Of a DNA stretch of 46,342 bases, positions 1 to 9,578 are shown one piece after another (positions within the stretch are counted from its first letter, which is position 1; each line of letters opens with the position of its first letter). Location: contig JAWOCD010000124.1 of assembly GCA_046483985.1 (NCBI GenBank), forward strand, positions 1-46,342. The letters run 5' to 3'. The stretch is from Promethearchaeia archaeon. Its GTDB lineage: Archaea > Asgardarchaeota > Lokiarchaeia > Sigyniarchaeales > SOKP01. The position numbers and the translations under genes were made by a program. The notes below the pieces were generated by a model that was not told where the DNA came from, did no database searches, and was given only the letters and a program-made list of their open reading frames with translations.

Positions 1-490
1 TGGCAAGAAAAGAAAACATCGCTCGAAAAAGCCCACTAAACGGAAGCGTAAATATCCGGAGAAGATATTTACTTGTATTGTGGAATTAAAGAAGGAAGTT
101 CCACAACGAAGTGCTCCTATGATCCACCGGCTTTTAAAAAAGGAATTTCAAATCCCGGTGCCCTCTATTTCAACTGTTCGGAAATATATCAGAGCTCAAG
201 GGTTAACCACAGATGTTAGAGAACGCAGCCAGGGATATAAAAGATTCGAGCGAAAAAAACCAAATGATCTGTGGCAAATTGATATTGCCGGAAAGCAGAC
301 GGTGGGATATCTCGGAGCACTCTATTTGATTGCCCTTATTGACGATCGTTCCCGATTTGTAGTGGCGGCAGAATATTTCAAGGACCAGAAAGGAGCCAAT
401 GTCATAAAAATAATCAGAGACGCGGTGATGGAATATGGACGGCCAAACCAAATTCTGGCCGATAATGGTACTCAATTTCGGAAAAAGTGA
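1..490 (+). mobile_element. IS481/IS3-like DDE (rve integrase core) transposase, 5' end outside the window and truncated at the 3' end
   Basis: Frame is open from base 2 (GKKRKHRSKK...). It contains PNDLWQIDI, LIALIDDRSRFVVA and ILADNGTQF, i.e. the first two catalytic Asp. It stops at GTQFRKK*, before the catalytic Glu region. The related copy at 32396-32641 continues ...NLIGELG at this point. Confidence 0.85.
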
Positions 491-1098
491 TCGATAGAAA
501 CCTTGAGGAGTTAGAGATGGGGGATCTCAGATTTTCTTTTAAGAGAAAAAGGGATTTTATCTTTACATTATTGGCTGATACGAGTGTGAGCTTGCTTTTC
601 TTAAATACCCGACTTGATAAAATCATTACAAGCTTTTTTGATGCATATAACAAAATTAATAAAAAGCTCAAAGATCTCGAAGCAATCGAAAATGAAGAAC
701 TTGATAAGAAAATAGATGAATTAATCACGGGAAAACAAGAGAAATTTGAAGGTGGTGCTTTTTACGGTAAAGTAATTAATTTATTTGAACAGTTAATATT
801 TCAAAATGAAATTCTTGGTGCTGCAATTTTATCTACTGAGGGGAATATTATTTATTCATCTCTTCCTAATGAAATCCTTCTTGGCTCTCTAAAAGAGTTA
901 GAAATACGCTTTATGACACAAACTTTAAATCTTCCAGAATTATTTTATAGTTTACCTAATGAAAAAAAGGTGTTTTCTAAAATGATAAATATTAGTGACT
1001 ATTCTTTTTTAATTGTTCTGCTATTTGATAAAAATGTATCACTCGGTATGGCAGACGTGCAACTCCATAAAATTGCTGAAAAAATAAAACAATTTTAG
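487..1098 (+). CDS. Longin-like + roadblock-like domain protein, probably missing its N-terminus
   Basis: LEELEMGDLRFSFKRKRDFIFTLLAD...RLDKIITSFF matches the C-terminal half of a longin fold. ILGAAILSTEGNIIYSSLP...FLIVLLFDKNVSLGMADVQL matches a roadblock/profilin-like pattern. The first longin strands and helix are absent and the ORF abuts the truncated transposase. Confidence 0.6.
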   Translation: MIDRNLEELEMGDLRFSFKRKRDFIFTLLADTSVSLLFLNTRLDKIITSFFDAYNKINKKLKDLEAIENEELDKKIDELITGKQEKFEGGAFYGKVINLFEQLIFQNEILGAAILSTEGNIIYSSLPNEILLGSLKELEIRFMTQTLNLPELFYSLPNEKKVFSKMINISDYSFLIVLLFDKNVSLGMADVQLHKIAEKIKQF

Positions 1099-1212
1099 AA
1101 TCACTATGCGTTAAAACTTATCAGAGTGTAGGTTAATAGCTGATAGATATCTAAACAAACTTGGGCATTATTTAAATATAGTAATTATCTATATAACCTA
1201 GCGCTTTAAATT

Positions 1213-1389
1213 TCACCACTCATAAATCTTTTTATAGGTTCCATAGGGATCGCTGTCTAAATACACTTTATCTCCCGAAAAACCCTCCGACATTTGGATA
1301 AGACCAATAAGTTCTGAATTTGCATACCGTGGGCGAACATCCTCTTCCTGAGCAAAAAATTTCTGAGCAAACCCCGATCGGCGTACCAT
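1213..1389 (-). CDS. Small hypothetical protein, 58 aa (MVRRSGFAQKFFAQEEDVRPRY...KKIYEW)
   Basis: ATG at 1389 has a GGTGA Shine-Dalgarno site at 1401-1397, 7 nt upstream. This start is preferred over the ORF-track TTG at 1458. Confidence 0.55.
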   Translation of the reverse strand: MVRRSGFAQKFFAQEEDVRPRYANSELIGLIQMSEGFSGDKVYLDSDPYGTYKKIYEW

Positions 1390-1440
1390 GTGTCGTTCAC
1401 CGTGATCAACAGTCAACGACCCTCTGAGAGTCTGTCGGCC
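1390..1440 (-). promoter_or_regulatory. Structured 5' leader with a Shine-Dalgarno-sequestering hairpin
   Basis: GC-rich patch. Hairpin GUCGUU-G-ACUGU/ACGGU-G-AACGAC (1420-1392) covers GGUGA. A competing hairpin GACUCU-CAG-AGGGUC (1432-1418) shares the GUC. Confidence 0.45.
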
Positions 1441-1557
1441 TTGTTCTGATATATCCAATATTTTTTTCTAACTTTAGACCATATAATCTGAAGAAGTCAA
1501 TTTTCCGAAAATATTTTTATCTCCAATGATTTAAAAGTATACGGTTGAAATATAATA

Positions 1558-2832
1558 ATGCAATATGATATCATTATAATTGGAGCCGGATTAGCGGGAG
1601 CCGTAGCGGCGAATAAGTGTTCAAAATTCGCAAACGCGCTTCTTCTTGATGCTCACAACGATATTGAGAGTCTTCCCGTGAAGACTAATTTATTTATTGG
1701 CCATAATCGACCATTCGTAGCGGATTTAGATCTTAATTATCAAGATCACTCCATTTTTTGTTTAAACCATACGAAATCCAATTTTATGAGCAAAAAAGCA
1801 AACGGAGTTATTAATTCAGAGGAATTTGGAGAGCCGCTGGGGCACATTATTTATACAGAAAATTTATTGAAAGATCTCCTTCAAAATTTTCAAGAAAAAG
1901 GGGGGAATCTGAAATTCAATGCAAAGGTATCTCACATACAGCGCCATCCAGACCATGTGACGGTTCAAACCAATAATAATGAATATGAAGGAAAATTATT
2001 AATGCTGGCGACTGGGTCGCACGGGCATAATTTACAAAAATCAATAGGATTTGAAACGCCTGATCGATATATAGGTGTTTATACAAATATGTATGGTTCT
2101 GAGGCTAAATTAAATGAAAACATACCGTGGAATTATATTTTCCATATCAATACAAAGATCTCAAAATCTGGTCCATTATTTATCAATAGAGGTCGAGAAC
2201 GAATCACCCTGGGGTTTCTCGGAAATTTTAATGAAAATGCATCTCAAATTCAAGATAAATTGGGCAGAGTTATCAGTAATTATAGCAGAGTTCAACCATT
2301 TCTTAAGGGATTGGAGCAAAAGAAGAAGCCTACCATTGTTCCGATTTCAAAACATCCTATTTCTCATTTTTCTCAAAATCGAACCTTAATTTTGGGAGAA
2401 GCTGCTGGATTAGTCACCTCATTTTTCTATGAAGGGATTTTAGGTTGCGTGGTGAGTGCAGATTGTGCTGTTAAAACCGCGAAAAGATTATTTGAACAAG
2501 AAAAGCCATTTACACGTCCCAATTTACAAGAATATGACCGGGAGTTAAAACGAATTTTACTTAACAATTTCTTTAATAATGGGGCAGCTTCAGAATATAT
2601 GTTCTATAACGCACGTAGTTCTATGAAATTACTCTGGGAAACTTACACGGAACTCATTCGATCCAATAAAACTCTTCGCAAATATATCTATGAAGCCCAT
2701 GTACTTAAAGAGCTTTCACAATATGATACCTCGAGAGATAAATGGACAGGTGAAAAGATTTTTGCTAAATTACCAGCTCTTTCTAAGGTATCATTAGGAC
2801 CTAAATTCTTAAAAGCGCTTTTTAAACTTTGA
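1558..2832 (+). CDS. FAD-dependent oxidoreductase, geranylgeranyl reductase/FixC family
   Basis: N-terminal YDIIIIGAGLAG Rossmann motif, MLATG, and C-terminal LILGEAAGLV..FFYEGI (GDAAG..P..GEGI-like). Confidence 0.85.
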   Translation: MQYDIIIIGAGLAGAVAANKCSKFANALLLDAHNDIESLPVKTNLFIGHNRPFVADLDLNYQDHSIFCLNHTKSNFMSKKANGVINSEEFGEPLGHIIYTENLLKDLLQNFQEKGGNLKFNAKVSHIQRHPDHVTVQTNNNEYEGKLLMLATGSHGHNLQKSIGFETPDRYIGVYTNMYGSEAKLNENIPWNYIFHINTKISKSGPLFINRGRERITLGFLGNFNENASQIQDKLGRVISNYSRVQPFLKGLEQKKKPTIVPISKHPISHFSQNRTLILGEAAGLVTSFFYEGILGCVVSADCAVKTAKRLFEQEKPFTRPNLQEYDRELKRILLNNFFNNGAASEYMFYNARSSMKLLWETYTELIRSNKTLRKYIYEAHVLKELSQYDTSRDKWTGEKIFAKLPALSKVSLGPKFLKALFKL

Positions 2833-2932
2833 ATTAATAAATTTAAAAATTAGAATTTTTAAAGGAACTCATCAGAGATGATTCTATCCCGTTAGATAGA
2901 ATTAAATAAAGAAAAAAGAATTCAAGATTAAT

Positions 2933-5572
2933 TTATTCTAATTTTTTAAGATCAAAGATTTCTTTCAGTGTATTTTGAATTTTGTCGACGATTTTTCTAA
3001 AATCTTCAAGTAGAGTACCCAGTTGAGTTTTTAATTCCGCGTCAAGTGATATAGCTTTTTCAAAGTGTTTTAGGGCTTCTGCATAATTCTTTTGCTTATA
3101 AAAACATTCTCCATAGAAAAGCCATGCCAATGCGTTCTGAGGATTTAATGATGTTGCCTTTTGATAACAATTCCTTGCCTCATCAATATTTTCTTGTTGA
3201 CGGTAAGTGTTCCCCATGTGGTACCACGCTTGTGCGTAACTCTCATCAATTCCTAACGCTTCCTTATAGCATTCTAGAGCTTGAGAATAATCATCCTCTC
3301 TTTGAAATATAATCCCAAGGTTATTCCATGCTTCTTTGAAATCGGGTTTTAAGTTTACGGCTTTCTGATAATGAGATTTTGCATCGTCAAAATCCTCCTT
3401 TAGATCGTATGCATTTGCTAAATTAAAGTGCGTGGTAGCATAATCATCATCTAGTTCAAGGGCTTTTTGAGCGTAGCCGATTGCTTTCTCAAAATTACCT
3501 TCATTAATCTCTATAAAGGATTTATCATTTAGTTTCTCCTTATATATATTTTTTATTTTAAGGAGCATTTTTTGCTGAAGCTCTTCGTTTTCCTTAATTC
3601 TTTGGATTATATCAATATTCATTTCATAGATTTCAAACGCAACATCGTAATTTTCCTCATCAATTAACCGATCACATTCATCAATAAGAAATTTAATTAA
3701 ATCACTGATTTTCTCATTCTTATCTTGTTGTTCTTTGAATTTATTTCCTATTTCTGTATACTTATTTATAAACTCTTTAGCTTCTTCGTAATTGCCTTGG
3801 CTTATTACTGTACTGATGATATCTAACAAGCTTTTCAAGATTTTAGAGGTATTCTGTTTTTTGGACTTTCCAAATTCAATTAAATCTTTTATATCCAAAC
3901 AATCATTTAATGTGTTTTTTACTTTTTCAAAACTTTTCTCTTTGGCACTCTGTTGTATTTGTTCCACAAATAAATTAATTTGTTCTGAATGGACTTCATC
4001 GATACTTTTCTTGATATTATATATCTTCTTTTCCTTCCTATCTTCATCTAAAATATTCTTTGCGTCTTGGAGTTCTTTTTTCAATTTAAGGATCCTTTCT
4101 TGAAATTGAGCAGACTCACCTGATACCTCTCCTTTAGAAACAACACCTTTTAATTCGGTTTGATAGATGAGATTATTTATTTGCTCTACCTTCTGCTCTG
4201 TTTCATCACTTAAATACATTTTATTGGTGAGGCTTAAAGCTTCATCATATATATCAAGCGCCTTTTCATATTCCTCTTTTTGTTTTTGCTTCTCAGCTTG
4301 CTCCAAAACATCACCAATCTCTGCTAAATAAACCTTATTTACCATATTTTTTATTTCTTCAATCTTTTCGTTATCTTCTTCCGGACAAGTCATCTTTTTG
4401 GCAATACTTAAAGCCGAATACATTTCACTTATGGCTTTATCATATTCTTTTTGTTCAATTAGTTGAATTCCTGCATTCTTTCGAGCATCGATGCCAATAC
4501 TGCACACATTATCTATGAACTTGCTTACTCTCTGTATTAGGTTCTTTTTATTTTCCGAATCGGCCATCTTGTTTGCTAAGTCTAAGGCTTCTTGTAATGT
4601 TCTATTAATTTCATTAACCGCAGAGATAGAACCCTCTAAATTTTTTTCTTGTTTTATTTTTTTGGCTTTTTCTATTAAAGGTTCGCTTTTTTCGACTAAT
4701 AGAGGATTAAGATTTTCAGCAATTCGGTGAAGAATTTCATTTTTTAAGGAAGATTCGTACATTTTATCTTTTAATTTAATGGCATCTTGCATCACTTTGA
4801 TTGCCTCCTCTTTTTTTCCGGAATTTATTAATTGTTCACCTTCTTGAATTATAGGCTTAATCTTTTGGACGTATATTTCGTTAATTAATTTTTGAATTTT
4901 TTGAATATTTTCCTTTTTAAGCCCAGGTTGTCGTATTTTTTCGAATGTCCTTTTACCCTCTCCTAATATCTCAATTGCAGTATCTAAATTATTATTTATC
5001 TTTTCTTCTTTTGCATCGGTAATCTTTAATTTACCCTTTTCACTATAAGTTATATCAATATTATTTCGAATTTTTTTTACTAACCCCTTGTCCTCTTTGA
5101 CTAATCCTTTACTTTTTTGAAGAGCAGTTTCAAATGTGGTGAAAGATTCTTCAAGTTGATCATTTTCCCTCTGGATGATTCCTTCATCTATTAAATTCTC
5201 TATTTCCAGTTTTTCTATCGCAAAATTGACTTTTTCTTCTTGAAGATTTTTCCGATCAGCATCATTTATTGTATCCTTTATAGATATAGCTTTATTTAAA
5301 ATATCAGAAGCTTCTTCTAGATTATTTTCCGCAATTGCTTGTTCAGAATTCCTTATTAGATATGAAATTTGATCTTCATATATGGTATCCATTACATCCT
5401 CTACTTCCTTAATCAAATCCATTTTGGTTTGATAATCTTTTTCGCGGTCTCTTATATATTCGATACCTTCTTGAAGTTTATCAATAGCTTCTTTAAATTC
5501 TTCTACTTCGGCTAATTCTTTGCCTTCTGCAATATATGAATCTAATTTTTCTTTTTTAAATTTTTTAAACAT
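2933..5572 (-). CDS. Large alpha-solenoid protein: about 57-60 aa helical repeats followed by about 5 canonical TPRs
   Basis: C-terminal TPR consensus (AWNNLG, AWYHMG, A..CY.KA..LNP). N-terminal repeats of the type G..L.....Y.EA......A..I...M. Confidence 0.85.
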   Translation of the reverse strand: MFKKFKKEKLDSYIAEGKELAEVEEFKEAIDKLQEGIEYIRDREKDYQTKMDLIKEVEDVMDTIYEDQISYLIRNSEQAIAENNLEEASDILNKAISIKDTINDADRKNLQEEKVNFAIEKLEIENLIDEGIIQRENDQLEESFTTFETALQKSKGLVKEDKGLVKKIRNNIDITYSEKGKLKITDAKEEKINNNLDTAIEILGEGKRTFEKIRQPGLKKENIQKIQKLINEIYVQKIKPIIQEGEQLINSGKKEEAIKVMQDAIKLKDKMYESSLKNEILHRIAENLNPLLVEKSEPLIEKAKKIKQEKNLEGSISAVNEINRTLQEALDLANKMADSENKKNLIQRVSKFIDNVCSIGIDARKNAGIQLIEQKEYDKAISEMYSALSIAKKMTCPEEDNEKIEEIKNMVNKVYLAEIGDVLEQAEKQKQKEEYEKALDIYDEALSLTNKMYLSDETEQKVEQINNLIYQTELKGVVSKGEVSGESAQFQERILKLKKELQDAKNILDEDRKEKKIYNIKKSIDEVHSEQINLFVEQIQQSAKEKSFEKVKNTLNDCLDIKDLIEFGKSKKQNTSKILKSLLDIISTVISQGNYEEAKEFINKYTEIGNKFKEQQDKNEKISDLIKFLIDECDRLIDEENYDVAFEIYEMNIDIIQRIKENEELQQKMLLKIKNIYKEKLNDKSFIEINEGNFEKAIGYAQKALELDDDYATTHFNLANAYDLKEDFDDAKSHYQKAVNLKPDFKEAWNNLGIIFQREDDYSQALECYKEALGIDESYAQAWYHMGNTYRQQENIDEARNCYQKATSLNPQNALAWLFYGECFYKQKNYAEALKHFEKAISLDAELKTQLGTLLEDFRKIVDKIQNTLKEIFDLKKLE

Positions 5573-5737
5573 ATTTTATCGCCAAACCTTCTTTAAATTA
5601 GGAACTATTAAATCTATAATCATAAAAAAGATATTATTAATAATTATTATTAATTGTTTTTTAAAATTGTCTTAACGAAAATTTTATATCAAGAAACCAA
5701 CTCTAATCTATAAATACCTCAATTGGACGAGTGAAAG

Positions 5738-7390
5738 ATGAATAAGCAGCCAAGAAATGGGAACTCAAAAGGGAAAAATATAATATATTATGGGAAGAAT
5801 ATTATAACAATGAATCCTGAGCGGCCGACTGCGGAAGCAGTAGGAATCGAGGGAGAAATTATTAAATCAGTGGGAGCATTAGAAAAGGTAAAGGACGATA
5901 TTGGAGAGGACGCAATCCTTATTGACTTAAAGAATAAAGCATTACTCCCAGGATTTATTGACTCTCATCTTCATCCAATCGCCTTTTTATTCTTTCTTTT
6001 TAATTTAGATCTCTCGGAATTAAAAAGTTTGGCTGAACTAAAAAAGTTAATAAAACATGCAACTCAAGAGCTGTCTGAAGATGAATTAATTGTTGGTCTA
6101 AGTTTAAAGGAGGAAGAATTTACAGATCCAAATGAGAGAAAATTGCCTACTCGCTGGGATCTTGATGAGGTTTCTCCAAATCATCCTGTTTTCCTATTGC
6201 GATACGATGGGCATATTGGTGTCGCTAATACAAAGGCGCTAGAACTAGCGGGAATTGACCAATCTACGAAGAATCCCGAGGGCGGTGAAATAAGAAAGAA
6301 TGATGAGGGGACTCCTACAGGAGTGCTTTCAGAATTAGCTACCAGTATGGTGCTTTCCGAGAAGACCCTTCCAAGCCCAAAGGAAATTAAAAAAGCTGCA
6401 AGGGAGGGGTTTCAAATCTTAGCGTCTAAGGGAATAACCACACTACATGGAGTGATTCAATTGGAAGCGGGAGGAGAGATGGGGGATTTAGGAGCTTTTG
6501 AAGTCCCTATCTTGAAATCAATCATAGATCTCATTCCGCAAAACTTTTATAGTCTGGCATCTACACAGAAGCCTAAGAAGTTAAAAAGAATTAAAAAAAC
6601 CCCCCTTCATGGCGGGAGAAAATACAGCCAATTCACGACAAACTGCTTAAAACTATTTGCGGACGGAAGCTATGGTTCCGCAACTGCTTATATGTTTGAA
6701 CCTTTTTCTGACCAACCAGATAAAACTGGATTTCTGGTTACCCCTAAGGAGAAATTGTATGAGAAAATGCAAACCGCTCACAAACTAGGCTGTCAAATTG
6801 GGATTCATGCCATTGGAGATAAAGGAAATCGAGTGGTTACGGATTTATATAAACGGCTATTAAAAGAAAATCCAAAAGAAGATCATCGACACAGGATTGA
6901 ACATGCATCCATCCTTACTTCAGATATAATTAAAGATATGAAAGAATTAGATCTTATAGCTTCTTGTCAACCGCCATTTATTAATTCGGAATACAAATGG
7001 CTCCCCAAAAGATTAGGACAAGAACGGTGCAAACAAGCCTATCCTATTAAATCATTAATAGAAGAAGGAGTAATAGTCGCCTCTGGGTCTGATTGTCCTA
7101 TTGAAGATTCGGATATAATTAAAGGACTCCATGCCTTAGTAACCCGAAACGGGTTCGTGCGAGAACAATGTATTTCCATGAAAGAAGCGCTGAAAACCTA
7201 TACTATTAATGGGGCTTATGCCGCATTTGAGGAGGATATAAAAGGGAGCTTGAAAGAGAACAAACTTGCCGATTTAGTGATATTAGATAAAAATCCGCTC
7301 GAGGTGGCGAAAGATAAAATCCGAGATATACAAGTCTTGGAAACAATTATTAGAGGTCAAACAGTTTTCAAAAAACAGTCACTTGTTTAG
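5738..7390 (+). CDS. Amidohydrolase 3 (YtcJ-like) metal-dependent hydrolase
   Basis: LLPGFIDSHLH, KLFADGS, IHAIGD, RIEHAS, GSDCP, YTINGAYA, GSL...KLADLVILD motifs. Confidence 0.92.
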   Translation: MNKQPRNGNSKGKNIIYYGKNIITMNPERPTAEAVGIEGEIIKSVGALEKVKDDIGEDAILIDLKNKALLPGFIDSHLHPIAFLFFLFNLDLSELKSLAELKKLIKHATQELSEDELIVGLSLKEEEFTDPNERKLPTRWDLDEVSPNHPVFLLRYDGHIGVANTKALELAGIDQSTKNPEGGEIRKNDEGTPTGVLSELATSMVLSEKTLPSPKEIKKAAREGFQILASKGITTLHGVIQLEAGGEMGDLGAFEVPILKSIIDLIPQNFYSLASTQKPKKLKRIKKTPLHGGRKYSQFTTNCLKLFADGSYGSATAYMFEPFSDQPDKTGFLVTPKEKLYEKMQTAHKLGCQIGIHAIGDKGNRVVTDLYKRLLKENPKEDHRHRIEHASILTSDIIKDMKELDLIASCQPPFINSEYKWLPKRLGQERCKQAYPIKSLIEEGVIVASGSDCPIEDSDIIKGLHALVTRNGFVREQCISMKEALKTYTINGAYAAFEEDIKGSLKENKLADLVILDKNPLEVAKDKIRDIQVLETIIRGQTVFKKQSLV

Positions 7391-7396
7391 CTTTCT

Positions 7397-8587
7397 CTAA
7401 TCGGTAAAATAAAGATGTTCATCAAAACCAGTCGTAGCAACTAAATTTTGTCCTAATTTTTGGAGTGCTTTCTTGGTGGGTTTTTTTAAAATCTTTCTGC
7501 CTATTTTGATAACCTTCTTAAGTTTTCGATTAGGATAATCATCGTCATCTCTAACCACATTATCGAATCGGGCGAAATTAATCCCCGCCGTATAGACACC
7601 AGTTTGGCTATGATCTGCACTGGTTGACACTTGCCAATGTTCTACCTTTACTTCAATATTTTCCAGCAGATGGGAGATAAAGAACCACTCAAGGAGGATA
7701 GGAATTCGACTGGAACGCTTTCTTTCGTCTTTTAGAATTCGATATATTCGTTTAAGTCTGCTGGGATGCATTTGTTTAAATACTTGTTCATACTGGTCTT
7801 TAAGAGGATCTCGAAGATAGTCTTTAATTTTTTCTAAGATTTTTGCTACGGTTTGCTGTCTTTCCTCACCAATGTCTTTCTTTGTTGCTTCAATGATCTG
7901 ATCAACGCGGCTTTGACTCGCTTGAGAGGGAATATCTTCCTCTCCTCCTCCATCCTTAGAGGATTCTTGCGTACTCTCTCCACTTGTTCCTTGGGATTCG
8001 CTTGGAAGATTCATCACTTCCTTAGGCGGTAAATTAAAGATCTCATCTAATTTTGAAGGATCTTCCCGGATTTTCTTCATTTTTTCTTGAATTTCTTCTT
8101 GATTATATCCCATCCTCTGTAAATAGAAGGATGCAGATGAAAGTTGGTTTTCCAAGGCTTGGCTCTTACTATACTGTTGATCATTTCTTCCATACTTTTG
8201 TTCTAATAATTTATCCCCGATCATTGCAATCTTATTATCGGTAATTTCATCAAGATTTAGTTCGTCAATCTTGGTTAAAATAAATTCGATTTGTTCTTCG
8301 TTCAGATAAGAAAGGCCCCCCGTCGGTCCCGTCATTTGAGCCAATTTTTGCATCTTTTTCAGAAGATTATTTAATTCACTTGGATTCTTGTTTTTCGAGA
8401 TGATAAAGAAATGTTCTAATAGTATTTTACCGAAACTCGCAACTATTTTTAAAACATCTTCGTCAAACTTATTTAGGTGAGCATTTAATTTATCGCCTTC
8501 TAATTCTGGAGGTAAATCTATATGATAGACCATTACATTATCGACGATCATATAAACATAGTCTTGTTTCTGCATAAAGAGTTGCAC
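7397..8587 (-). CDS. Hypothetical protein with a central S/E/G/Q-rich low-complexity linker
   Basis: 396-aa ORF with typical composition, convergent with the amidohydrolase. No family recognised. Start could be GTG 8587 or ATG 8575. Confidence 0.7.
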   Translation of the reverse strand: MQLFMQKQDYVYMIVDNVMVYHIDLPPELEGDKLNAHLNKFDEDVLKIVASFGKILLEHFFIISKNKNPSELNNLLKKMQKLAQMTGPTGGLSYLNEEQIEFILTKIDELNLDEITDNKIAMIGDKLLEQKYGRNDQQYSKSQALENQLSSASFYLQRMGYNQEEIQEKMKKIREDPSKLDEIFNLPPKEVMNLPSESQGTSGESTQESSKDGGGEEDIPSQASQSRVDQIIEATKKDIGEERQQTVAKILEKIKDYLRDPLKDQYEQVFKQMHPSRLKRIYRILKDERKRSSRIPILLEWFFISHLLENIEVKVEHWQVSTSADHSQTGVYTAGINFARFDNVVRDDDDYPNRKLKKVIKIGRKILKKPTKKALQKLGQNLVATTGFDEHLYFTD

Positions 8588-8983
8588 GTGGATTATATGA
8601 TTAAGTTTTAATGATTATATTAGTATTATTTAAGGTTAATAATGAAAGTTATCATATTAATAATTAATCAATGCAATAAATATCGCATTATTGTATGGAA
8701 TTTATGAAAAAATATTGAAGGGTGGAATTATGAAGAAATTTCGAGAAGATTATCATGAAAAACAAAAAGAGAATGAGAACAGACTTACATTCCTTCAGTG
8801 AATATTTTAAATCTTCAGTGCAAGCCTGTGCTCAGAAAAAGGTATGGACCATACTGTTTCAAATTGGGAGTGAATTGGATTTTTCCTTTTCTGAAAAATT
8901 AAATCCTTTTCATACTTACTTATAATTAAAATATAATCCCACATAAATCAACTTGTTTCGTTCTGAAGAGAGTTTGAAAGGAC

Positions 8984-9451
8984 TTGAATGATCACGACAG
9001 ATTAACTATATACGATACTCGCCACTATCCTGTCAGACCACATGTAGGGATAGGGGTTTTATTAGTGAGAAACGACAAGCTTTTATTAGTAAAGCGGAAG
9101 TATGATCCAGATGCTGGATTATGGAGCATTCCTGGAGGCCATTTAGAATTAGGAGAACGAGTAAAAAATGCGGCAATTCGTGAATGCGAGGAGGAAACAG
9201 GTTTTAAGGTTAAAATAACGGAACTAGCTGGAATCATAGATAAAGTAATGAAAGATGAAGAGGGAAGAATTGAATTTCATTATGTATTGATTAACTATTT
9301 TGTAAAGCAGATCGAGGACGATTTGAACCAGCCGCCCAAAGCCGCAGACGATGCATTGGCGGCAAGGTTTGTTCCATTTAATAAGTTAAAGAATTATCAT
9401 TTAACAGATTCTCTTATACAACTCTTAAAACAATTAAAAATGGGATTTTAA
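8984..9451 (+). CDS. Nudix hydrolase (ADP-ribose pyrophosphatase/MutT-like)
   Basis: Nudix box GGHLELGERVKNAAIRECEEETG, with WSIPGG and ADDA motifs. Confidence 0.93.
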   Translation: MNDHDRLTIYDTRHYPVRPHVGIGVLLVRNDKLLLVKRKYDPDAGLWSIPGGHLELGERVKNAAIRECEEETGFKVKITELAGIIDKVMKDEEGRIEFHYVLINYFVKQIEDDLNQPPKAADDALAARFVPFNKLKNYHLTDSLIQLLKQLKMGF

Positions 9452-9578
9452 TGGAATTTCGACCCTCTTTAAAATTTGTTTCTTACCTTAGAAAAGACAA
9501 AAGATTATAATTTTCTTTTGATTATTGTTGAATGAACCTAAATATTTTGCAGAATTTATTATTGTGAAGGGATTGTAA

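Noticed and set aside
1200-1350. RNase P RNA-like words on - (GAGGATGTTCGCCCAC; GAGTGGTGAAA)
   Set aside because: No CR-V (ACAGAA...GCU) segment to complete P4 and no P1 pairing. The stretch is better explained as the coding sequence of the Shine-Dalgarno-led 58-aa ORF.
1395-1415. TGT-TGA-TCA-CGG-TGA on -, a possible Cys-Sec selenoprotein motif
   Set aside because: That frame has no credible start or recognisable fold and I found no SECIS. The second TGA is part of the GGTGA Shine-Dalgarno site.
8700-8930. Short ORFs in the gap before the Nudix gene
   Set aside because: About 50 codons or fewer with no recognisable motif, so they cannot be supported.
9452-9578. TPP riboswitch upstream of thiC (also checked upstream of thiDN)
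   Set aside because: No CUGAGA or UGAU...AAUGC...GGGA consensus; the region is AT-rich and unstructured.
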